This document shows, piece after piece, positions 56,800 through 64,000 of a DNA stretch of 64,000 nucleotides (positions are counted from its first letter, which is position 1; each line of letters begins with the position of its first letter). The DNA is from an uncultured Candidatus Saccharibacteria bacterium (GTDB taxonomy: Bacteria; Patescibacteriota; Saccharimonadia; UBA4664; CAZJNH01): contig CAYZIN010000004.1 in NCBI GenBank assembly GCA_964478595.1, positions 557 through 64,556 on the forward strand, read 5' to 3'. Position numbers and translations under genes: made by a program. The notes beneath the pieces are model-generated. The model searched no databases and was not told the origin of the DNA. It was given only the letters and a program-made list of their open reading frames with translations.

Positions 56800-58431
56800 A
56801 TGAACCCAACGAGCTCTCACTGGAATCTGCGAACTAAAACCCTACTGGCGATCGGCGGTGTCTTACTGGCTATGGTTTTGGTGCTCTATTTTGCAACAAA
56901 TCAAATTTTAATTAGCAGCTTCTCAACCGTTGAAACCAGCGTGACCAACCGAGACGTAAGTCGAGTAACCGATGCACTAGGCGACGAAATAGATTCGATC
57001 GTAAACTTTACCGGTGACTACTCCGATTGGGACGAAACTGTAAAGTTTATTAAAACCGGATCCCAGGCCTACATCGACTCCAATCTTCTACCCGCAACCT
57101 ACGAAAACCTCAAGATCAACCACTTTGCCTTCTTAAATACCACGCCGAAGCTAATTGTCGGTAAGGATTATGATCTTGGAAACGGCAAACTGCTGCCCAT
57201 ATCGCAGGATTTAGTTAAACACTTCAAGGCTGGTGATTCTCTACTCATCCACAAAGATCATGATGATATCAAAAAGGGGTTTTTAATCCTTGAGGGCGGG
57301 CCCGCAATGATAGCCTCACGGCCAATCATGGACAGTAATGGCGAGGGACCCATAGAGGGGTCGGTTGTGACCGGCCGCGATTTTAACCAAGACGAGATAC
57401 AGGCGGTAGCTGCCAAGACGCATCTGTCGTTTAAGGTTTTTGAACTTAACGGCCAAAACTTACCTGCCGACGTTGTCGCGGCCAAAAAAGAGCTCCAGAC
57501 AAAGTCGATCTACGACGCACCAAAGGACCATAAGACCATATACGGATACACCATTCTAAATGACCTTTATGGTAAGCCGCTTTTGATTACTCGGGTTGAA
57601 GTGCCGCGCGAGGTCTATTTGCAAGGACTCAAGGCTCGCAATTATGTGGTAATCTCCCTGCTCTCGATCGGTATTGCCTTTTTGCTAATGGCGCTAGTTT
57701 TAATTACCCGCATTTATCATCACGACCAAGAGGTCCAAGCCTTGAAAGACCGTTTTATTGCGATTGCCTCGCATGAACTGCGCACTCCGCTAACCTCACT
57801 AAAAGGAGGCGTCGACCTCCTGAAAATCGCGAAGCTGCCGCCCGAAGTCCAAAGTCCGCTGCGCATTATCGAGGAAGGGGTGGGCCGGCTCAAGGAGCTA
57901 ACCGATGAGCTAATCAATGTCGTAACAATCGAAAAAGGCCAAATCAAACCACAGTCCGAGTTGGTCAATATCGGCAATCTAGTCACCGAGGTATGCCAAA
58001 GCGATGAAGCCATCGCCAAAGCTAGAAACATTTCCCTCAGTTGTGACGTTGCGCCCAACCTACCTGGTCTAACGGTCGATCCGCGCCTAATCCGTAACGC
58101 CGTCCACAACCTGGTTAACAACGCCATTAAATTCACCGACAAAGGCTCGGTCGCAATCAAGGTTTACCAGACCAACGATAATCTGGTTATTGACGTTGCC
58201 GACACAGGACCGGGCATTAAGGGGGAAGACGTACACTTTTTGTTTAAGAAATTCGGCCGGATTGGTTCACTCAGCGAAGGTTTTAAGGAAGGCAAAGGCT
58301 TGGGTTTGTATCTGACGAAACTAAACGTTGAGGCCCACCACGGCAAAATTGAGCTCAAAACTTCTCCGAACGGTTCAACTTTTAGCATTTTGCTGCCTCT
58401 GCCGCACGTTGCCAATCAACACACCGCCTGA
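56800..58431 (+). CDS. Sensor histidine kinase: two TMs with a periplasmic domain, then HisKA, then HATPase_c
   Basis: H-box IAIASHELRTPLTSL. N, G1 and G2 boxes (NLVNNAIKFT, DTGPGI, GLGLYL). Likely start MNPTSSH at 56800. Confidence 0.85.
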   Translation: MNPTSSHWNLRTKTLLAIGGVLLAMVLVLYFATNQILISSFSTVETSVTNRDVSRVTDALGDEIDSIVNFTGDYSDWDETVKFIKTGSQAYIDSNLLPATYENLKINHFAFLNTTPKLIVGKDYDLGNGKLLPISQDLVKHFKAGDSLLIHKDHDDIKKGFLILEGGPAMIASRPIMDSNGEGPIEGSVVTGRDFNQDEIQAVAAKTHLSFKVFELNGQNLPADVVAAKKELQTKSIYDAPKDHKTIYGYTILNDLYGKPLLITRVEVPREVYLQGLKARNYVVISLLSIGIAFLLMALVLITRIYHHDQEVQALKDRFIAIASHELRTPLTSLKGGVDLLKIAKLPPEVQSPLRIIEEGVGRLKELTDELINVVTIEKGQIKPQSELVNIGNLVTEVCQSDEAIAKARNISLSCDVAPNLPGLTVDPRLIRNAVHNLVNNAIKFTDKGSVAIKVYQTNDNLVIDVADTGPGIKGEDVHFLFKKFGRIGSLSEGFKEGKGLGLYLTKLNVEAHHGKIELKTSPNGSTFSILLPLPHVANQHTA

Positions 58432-58443
58432 TATACAAGATCT

Positions 58444-58929
58444 ATGATGGTGGAAGTAGCTTTAGGGGTTCTGGGAGTGGCGGTCCTGTATTTGGTTTAT
58501 CTGAATTGGCGTCTCCAAGTTCGTTTTAAAAGAGCGTTGGGCGGCTCGGGCACCGGTAATTTAGAGAAGAAATTGACCGACTATTTCGGGCGTATTGGTG
58601 ACATCGAAAAGCGCCAAGACATTGCCAGCCAAACTCTAAGTGAGCTCTCTTTGCAGACCGATCTAGCTTCACAAAAAATTTCAATCGTCAGATTTAATCC
58701 ATTCGGTGACAGCGGTGGTGACCAAAGTTTTTCACTGGCAGTATTGGACGCCAAAGATTCCGGGTATGTTCTGACCAGTATCCACGGGCGGGAAAACTCC
58801 CACATTTACATCAAGCCAATCGATCTGGGAGTCAGTAAATACACCTTATCCAAAGAAGAAAAACAGGCAACTCTTCAAGCCGCCAAGCGCGTAGTGCCAA
58901 AAGCTAAAGCAAAGGAGAGGCATGGCTAG
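58444..58929 (+). CDS. DUF4446-family protein
   Basis: N-terminal TM, then RFNPFGDSGGDQSFSLAVLDAKDSGYVLTSIHGRENSHIYIK, typical of DUF4446. Confidence 0.65.
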   Translation: MMVEVALGVLGVAVLYLVYLNWRLQVRFKRALGGSGTGNLEKKLTDYFGRIGDIEKRQDIASQTLSELSLQTDLASQKISIVRFNPFGDSGGDQSFSLAVLDAKDSGYVLTSIHGRENSHIYIKPIDLGVSKYTLSKEEKQATLQAAKRVVPKAKAKERHG

Positions 58930-59305
58930 AAAAGATCTTCCCCTGACCGAAACAGAAACCGTTATTGGTTCCGGGGTCAAACTAAAAGGTACCCTGCAAA
59001 GTGACGGTGACATTTCAATCGATGGGGAGCTAAAGGGGGCAATCCGCACCAACGGCAATTTAACGATTGGTCCCAACGCCCAAATCGAGGCCAACGTCTC
59101 GGCTCAAAATGTTCGGGTTGCCGGCCAGCTTGAGGGCAATATAAAAAGTGAAAACGAAACGACTATTGAAGGCAGCGGCAAGGTCAAGGGCGACATCCAC
59201 ACCTCATTGTTATCGATTCAACACGGCGCTATTTTCTCGGGCCAAACCAACATGCGGGAGTTGCCAATATCTAAAGCTGGGGTTGAGGCCGACACGAAAC
59301 CGTAA
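58922..59305 (+). CDS. Bactofilin (polymer-forming cytoskeletal protein)
   Basis: Beta-helical bactofilin repeats (G.L.G....G...I.G...G). Start overlaps the upstream gene. Confidence 0.8.
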   Translation: MARKDLPLTETETVIGSGVKLKGTLQSDGDISIDGELKGAIRTNGNLTIGPNAQIEANVSAQNVRVAGQLEGNIKSENETTIEGSGKVKGDIHTSLLSIQHGAIFSGQTNMRELPISKAGVEADTKP

Positions 59306-60198
59306 TGTATTACTACATTCTCAATCCAGCTGCCGGGCGGGGCAAAGTCGGACAAATCGAACAGCGTTTGCGTGACCGGCTAAAAGAGTTGGGCATATCC
59401 GGTGAATTCGCTAAAACTACCGGTCCCACCGATGCCACCAAGATGGCCTACGCAGCGGTTGCCAAGGGCGCCAATACTATCGTGGCGGTGGGCGGTGACG
59501 GTACCGTCAACGAAGTCATAAACGGTATCAAGAGAGATAACGTTGCCGTCGGGATTGTACCGGTTGGCAAACAAAACTCGCTGGCCAAAAAGCTTGGTGT
59601 TTATAATTGGCAGCAGGCTACTGAGCTACTGGCGAGTCGACGACTATCAGCATTTAATTTAATGGCGGCTGGATCACATTATTTTTTATCGAATTTAGAC
59701 ATCGGTTTCGATGCAGACTTCGACAAGCAGGTTGAAAACGATCAAACGGGGTTTAAGAATCGGTTTAGGGAAATCCGCCAAACCCTAACCCACACCAAGC
59801 ACTTCGAAACATTCAAGTGCAAGCTGACTATCGATGACGATTTAAAACTTGAAGCAGAAGTTTTTAGTCTAGCCATTACTAACCAGAAAGTTCAGGACCC
59901 CTCCGCTCCCAACAAATTAGTTATAACTTTCTCCGAACGGCCAACCAACCGCCAATTAGGCAGCCAGGTCCTTAAACTACTCTCAGCCAAAGCCAAGCTT
60001 GACGAAAACTTTACCTCGCGGCTACTCAGCCAGCGGGTGCTGATTGAGACCAACCCAGAGCAAAGCATCATGATCGACTCGAAGCTGTCGGGTCGAACTC
60101 CGGTAGCGGTCCGTCTAACTGAAAAAAAGATCCGGTTCGTTTGCGGCAAGGACTTGCCTACAGCCACCAAAAAGCCGCCAGCTGTAGTTGACGCCTAA
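59305..60198 (+). CDS. Diacylglycerol/lipid kinase catalytic-domain protein (YegS/BmrU-like)
   Basis: DAGK_cat motif AVGGDGTVNEV. ATGA-type overlap with the bactofilin gene. Confidence 0.8.
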   Translation: MYYYILNPAAGRGKVGQIEQRLRDRLKELGISGEFAKTTGPTDATKMAYAAVAKGANTIVAVGGDGTVNEVINGIKRDNVAVGIVPVGKQNSLAKKLGVYNWQQATELLASRRLSAFNLMAAGSHYFLSNLDIGFDADFDKQVENDQTGFKNRFREIRQTLTHTKHFETFKCKLTIDDDLKLEAEVFSLAITNQKVQDPSAPNKLVITFSERPTNRQLGSQVLKLLSAKAKLDENFTSRLLSQRVLIETNPEQSIMIDSKLSGRTPVAVRLTEKKIRFVCGKDLPTATKKPPAVVDA

Positions 60199-60236
60199 GT
60201 CGCTTCTCTGGTAAGATTACTCGCGCTTGAAAGAGA

Positions 60237-60800
60237 TTGGCCATCAATAAAATTCGCTTGAACCGAGAAATCACCGCCCGTGAGGTTCGCCTCATTGGGG
60301 CCGACGGTGAGCAGTTTGGAGTCGTGCCCGTTTCCGAGGCACTCGCCCAAGCCGAACAAAGCGGATACGACCTGGCCGAGATAGCACCCAAAGCCACTCC
60401 GCCGGTGGCTAAGTTGCTTGATTGGGGCAAGTATCGCTACGAGCAAGATAAGCTTGAGCAAAAAAGCCGCAAAAAGCAAAAGCAGATTGAAGTTAAAGGA
60501 ATTCGGATGGGGCTTAAAATCTCCGAGCACGACCTTGAGGTTAAACGAGGGCACGCTCGCCGGTTCCTAGAAGAGGGACACAAGGTCCGCATTGCTCTCC
60601 GCTTCAAAGGCCGGGAAATTACCCGTCCAGAATTAGGCAGGGCGGTTTTAACCAGGTTTGCCGAGTCGCTCGACGACATAGAAATCGAGCAAACGCCGGA
60701 GCTAGCCGGTCGCGAACTAAGTATGCTTTTAGGAAAAGCCAAACATGCCAAAGCTGAAAACTCACAAATCGACACAGAAGAGAATCAAAGTATCGGGTAG
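60237..60800 (+). CDS. infC: Translation initiation factor IF-3
   Basis: Canonical IF3 N and C domains (INKIRLNREITAREVRLIG...). Non-ATG (TTG/ATT-type) start, as is usual for infC. Confidence 0.9.
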   Translation: MAINKIRLNREITAREVRLIGADGEQFGVVPVSEALAQAEQSGYDLAEIAPKATPPVAKLLDWGKYRYEQDKLEQKSRKKQKQIEVKGIRMGLKISEHDLEVKRGHARRFLEEGHKVRIALRFKGREITRPELGRAVLTRFAESLDDIEIEQTPELAGRELSMLLGKAKHAKAENSQIDTEENQSIG

Positions 60801-60945
60801 CGGAAAACTGCTACGCCGCAAAGCTTCTAGTTCCCACAACTTCTTCCCTAAACAAACCAAAACCAAGCGCGGGTTCAGTAAAGATATGCAATTATCACAT
60901 AGCGATTTAGCCAGAGTTAAGAAACTGGTAAGGAACCAGCAATGA
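60745..60945 (+). CDS. rpmI: 50S ribosomal protein L35
   Basis: [27 protein letters not shown] is canonical L35. Its 5' end overlaps the infC 3' end by about 55 nt. Confidence 0.9.
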   Translation: MPKLKTHKSTQKRIKVSGSGKLLRRKASSSHNFFPKQTKTKRGFSKDMQLSHSDLARVKKLVRNQQ

Positions 60946-61292
60946 GAGTAAAGCGCGGGGTTACCGCCCACAAAAGACACAAGAAAATAGTTAAGCAAGC
61001 GAAGGGAATGATCCATTCGCGCCGCTCTTCAAGCCGTAAGGCTAACGAAGCGGTTATAAAGGCGCTGTCTTACGGCTACCGCGACCGGCGCAACCGCAAA
61101 CGCGACCTGCGCTCACTGTGGATTACCCGTATTAACGCGGGGCTTGGCGATGATATGTCCTATTCGGTTTTTATTAACGGCCTCAAAAAAAGCGGCATCT
61201 CTCTAGACCGCAAGGTCTTAGCTGAGCTGGCCGCTACCGAACCAAAGGCCTTTAAAGCCGTAACCGAGGCCGCCGGAAAAGCCCTTAAATAA
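60942..61292 (+). CDS. rplT: 50S ribosomal protein L20
   Basis: [22 protein letters not shown] is canonical L20. Confidence 0.92.
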   Translation: MRVKRGVTAHKRHKKIVKQAKGMIHSRRSSSRKANEAVIKALSYGYRDRRNRKRDLRSLWITRINAGLGDDMSYSVFINGLKKSGISLDRKVLAELAATEPKAFKAVTEAAGKALK

Positions 61293-62412
61293 GCCGCTTC
61301 CCGTCTCTGTATTTGTCCGCCACTAGCTGGCGGATTTTAGTTTGGAAGATTTTTTTATCGAACTGCTTTGAATGTTCTCGCAAAACTTCAGGGCGAAATT
61401 TGAGCTTGGTAAAGCTTTTGATGGCTAGTATTAGCGCGCCACTGGTTTGGGGCATAAAGAGCACACCGGTCTTGCGATCGATCACCGTCTCCGCAGCTCC
61501 ACCTTTGCCGTAGGCGATTACCGGGGTACCGGCGGCCTGAGCCTCAACTGGCACCATGCCATAATCCTCCTCTTGGGGATAAAGCACAGCGCGGGCGTTG
61601 GCGTAAAGCTGAGGAAGCTCTTTTTCCGATACAAAACCCTTAAATTCAATATTAGCCTTGGCGCGCGAACGCTGCTCTGCGATTGCCTCACCCGTGCCGG
61701 CAATAACTAGCGGCAAGCCAAGCCGATTGAATGCGTTTATGGCTAAATCTAGACGCTTGTAAGCCACTTGGCGACCAACAATCAGAAAGTAATCGCCATG
61801 ACGCTTCGTGAGCTTTAGGAACCTCTCTGTTTCAGTTGGCGGGTTGATCACTTCTGCATCGCGGTCGTAATATTTTTTAATTCTACCCTTAATATAGTTG
61901 GACTGAGTCACAAAGTAGTCGACCTTTTGAGCTTTGTGGTAGTCATACCACCTGAGCGGTCCGATAATCAGCGGTAAAACCAGCCTTGCTAGTGGGTTCA
62001 GCCAACCAAACGGCGGATGCTTGAGGTACCAATCGTAATCGCTCCAGTAGTAACGAATTGGGGTATAGCAGTAACAAATATGGATGGTGTTTGGCCCGGT
62101 TTTGACGTACTTGGATTCAGCGCTCGACGAGGATATAACGACGTCATAATCAGAAAGGTCGAGTCCGCGGAAAGCCATCGCTCGTGCGATCGAAAACAGT
62201 TGGTGCTTGCGTTTGGCTAAACCGATTTTGTTGAGCCAAGTGGTCCGAATGTCGGCGTTTTTAAATTGCGGAAATTTTGACGGATCGTAAGCTGCTGTAT
62301 AGATCGGGGCGTCGGGCCAGATTTCATGCAATGCCAACACAACCCTCTCGGCTCCGCCGTAGGACACCATCCAGTCATGGACAATCGCAACCTTCAAGCT
62401 AGTAAGCTCCAT
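61285..62412 (-). CDS. GT4-family glycosyltransferase
   Basis: GT-B fold with the EX7E-like C-terminal motif region. Confidence 0.8.
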   Translation of the reverse strand: MELTSLKVAIVHDWMVSYGGAERVVLALHEIWPDAPIYTAAYDPSKFPQFKNADIRTTWLNKIGLAKRKHQLFSIARAMAFRGLDLSDYDVVISSSSAESKYVKTGPNTIHICYCYTPIRYYWSDYDWYLKHPPFGWLNPLARLVLPLIIGPLRWYDYHKAQKVDYFVTQSNYIKGRIKKYYDRDAEVINPPTETERFLKLTKRHGDYFLIVGRQVAYKRLDLAINAFNRLGLPLVIAGTGEAIAEQRSRAKANIEFKGFVSEKELPQLYANARAVLYPQEEDYGMVPVEAQAAGTPVIAYGKGGAAETVIDRKTGVLFMPQTSGALILAIKSFTKLKFRPEVLREHSKQFDKKIFQTKIRQLVADKYRDGKRLI

Positions 62413-63838
62413 TTTTCTTAAACAGGGTGAAGATGGTTTTAAGTAAAATCTTAATGTCTAGCCACAAACTCCAGTTTTCAACGTAATAAATGTCGAGCTT
62501 AACCCGACCCTCAAAACCGACATCACTACGGCCAGAGACTTGCCACAAGCCAGTCACACCGCACCGCAACGCCAAGATTTTCGGCAGCTCTTCACCGAAC
62601 CTATCGATCTCGTTTTCAAACATTGGCCTCGGGCCAACCAAACTCAAATCACCTCTCAAAACGTTAATTAACTGGGGCAACTCATCCAGCGAAGTCCGGC
62701 GCAAGAATCGCCCAAACCAACTTACTCTTGGGTCATTGGTTAATTTATTTTCTTTACGAAACTCGGCGATCAACTCCGGTCGCCCCATTTTTTCAAAAGC
62801 TTCTTCTTCGCTTTTTACACCATCGCCGACGCTAAATTTGCGCAGCATCGTACGAAATTTTAGAATCGAAATCTTGTGATTTTCCCTGGTCAAACGCTTC
62901 TGTCTATAAAGGGCTGGACCAGGATCAGTTAGCTTAGCTATTAGCGCGATTATTAACATCAAAGGAGAGAAAATAATTAAGGCCAGTGTTGCACCAACTA
63001 CATCAAAAGCCCGCTTAACAATCCTTCCCCAACCATCCAGCGGTGTGTGTCTGATTTCAATCGTCGGCTGTCCGTTAATGATTGCCAGCGTTGAATTAGA
63101 CGCAAACACTCCAAATTGGTTCGGCACAAACCGGTAAGCTAAATGATGATTGGTCGCGTACTCGACAAGCTTGATAACTTCTTCAGGTTCTAAATCCGAG
63201 TCAGCTTGAATAATCTCATCCAGCCTTGGTGATAGTGCTTCATCTAGTGTTTTATAAATTCTTAAATCTTCAAAAGCCTGACCTTTGGGTTTGGCTGTGT
63301 CAAACAAGCCAACGAACCGATACCCCGTTAGGTCTGTGTCGTTGAGACCTGAAAAAATCTGCTCGGCGATTGGCCCCGATCCTACCAATAAGGTTCTGCG
63401 AATGCCGATGTTGTAACTGAAAAGATAACGCTGAATCGCCCGCATTATCTGGCGGCCCAGGCTAACGAAGATAAAACTTAAGACGAAGGCGTAAATCGGA
63501 ATCGAACGTGACGGAAAAAGCGGTTTGTGCGTCAAAAAATCAAATAGAATCATTACCATAGTGCCACTCATTACGGCTACTAAAACCTTACCTAGTTCGG
63601 CAAATCGGCCACGCTGACTTGAGAGGTTATAAAGCCCACTCACAACGAAAATAATCAGCCAAATAGGAGCTGCCAACAAAATAATTTTGAGAAATAATAT
63701 AGCGCCGATCGGGTTCGCTACAGGCCGAGCATCAATTTTGACCCGAATAATATAAGCCAACACAAAAGCGGCCGTAATCGCCAAAAAGTCGATCGGCACC
63801 TGCAGTAAACTAAAAATTAATTCGCTCTTTTTCCTCAT
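62399..63838 (-). CDS. Polyprenyl-phosphate sugar phosphotransferase (WbaP/exopolysaccharide biosynthesis initiating transferase)
   Basis: N-terminal TMs plus C-terminal bacterial sugar transferase domain (GPRPMFENEIDRFGE...LRCGVTGLWQVSGRSD). Confidence 0.85.
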   Translation of the reverse strand: MRKKSELIFSLLQVPIDFLAITAAFVLAYIIRVKIDARPVANPIGAILFLKIILLAAPIWLIIFVVSGLYNLSSQRGRFAELGKVLVAVMSGTMVMILFDFLTHKPLFPSRSIPIYAFVLSFIFVSLGRQIMRAIQRYLFSYNIGIRRTLLVGSGPIAEQIFSGLNDTDLTGYRFVGLFDTAKPKGQAFEDLRIYKTLDEALSPRLDEIIQADSDLEPEEVIKLVEYATNHHLAYRFVPNQFGVFASNSTLAIINGQPTIEIRHTPLDGWGRIVKRAFDVVGATLALIIFSPLMLIIALIAKLTDPGPALYRQKRLTRENHKISILKFRTMLRKFSVGDGVKSEEEAFEKMGRPELIAEFRKENKLTNDPRVSWFGRFLRRTSLDELPQLINVLRGDLSLVGPRPMFENEIDRFGEELPKILALRCGVTGLWQVSGRSDVGFEGRVKLDIYYVENWSLWLDIKILLKTIFTLFKKNGAY

Positions 63839-64000
63839 CGTTGTAACGCTTATTGTACATCTTTAGAAAAACCCCGCCCTAAAGCGAGGTTCTTCTTATG
63901 CCAGGCTGCCTGTAAGCCGGATTCTGTCTAGAATGGCTATCTATCTAGGCCAGCTGTTACCAACTGGCTCAAGCGGCTATCGTTGACCGTAGCGAGCAGC

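Overview
This 64-kb window has roughly 50% GC and very dense, mostly minus-strand coding. Many genes are translationally coupled through ATGA or TGATG overlaps. That layout, together with bactofilin, DUF4446 and many secreted or anchored repeat proteins, looks like a small-genome bacterium, possibly Patescibacteria/CPR (inference only).

Housekeeping backbone: gyrB-gyrA, pheS-pheT, trpS, rmuC, argS, smpB, a uvrD-like helicase-nuclease, comM, a histidine kinase, bactofilin, infC-rpmI-rplT, tRNA-Pro(CGG), and cell-envelope glycosyltransferases.

Interleaved with this are four blocks that look more accessory.
(1) A tandem cluster of paralogous Asn/Thr/Ser/Gly-rich secreted repeat proteins at 2.8-7.8 kb, with a sixth copy at 39.1-39.9 kb. 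It lies next to a large partial surface protein carrying peptidoglycan-binding and FN3-like modules at 1-1778.
(2) An LPXTG surface protein, small membrane proteins and a VirD4/TraG-like P-loop ATPase at 12.8-18.0 kb.
(3) A GC-rich (about 57-60%) accessory island at roughly 39.9-48.7 kb. It encodes small acidic or hypothetical proteins. It includes a tandem cassette array (39.9-42.0 kb) whose genes are joined by a near-identical ~83-nt junction module: GC hairpin plus start codon plus first 7 codons. In one copy a TGG to TAG change turns the start of the cassette into a 7-codon uORF.
(4) Two ORF-free regions of 350-450 nt (24.7-25.1 kb and 53.7-54.1 kb) that look like structured ncRNA loci. 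One ends in a strong intrinsic terminator. I could not assign either by eye; tmRNA and RNase P RNA are the obvious candidates to test.

No rRNA, CRISPR array, transposase or integrase was recognised.
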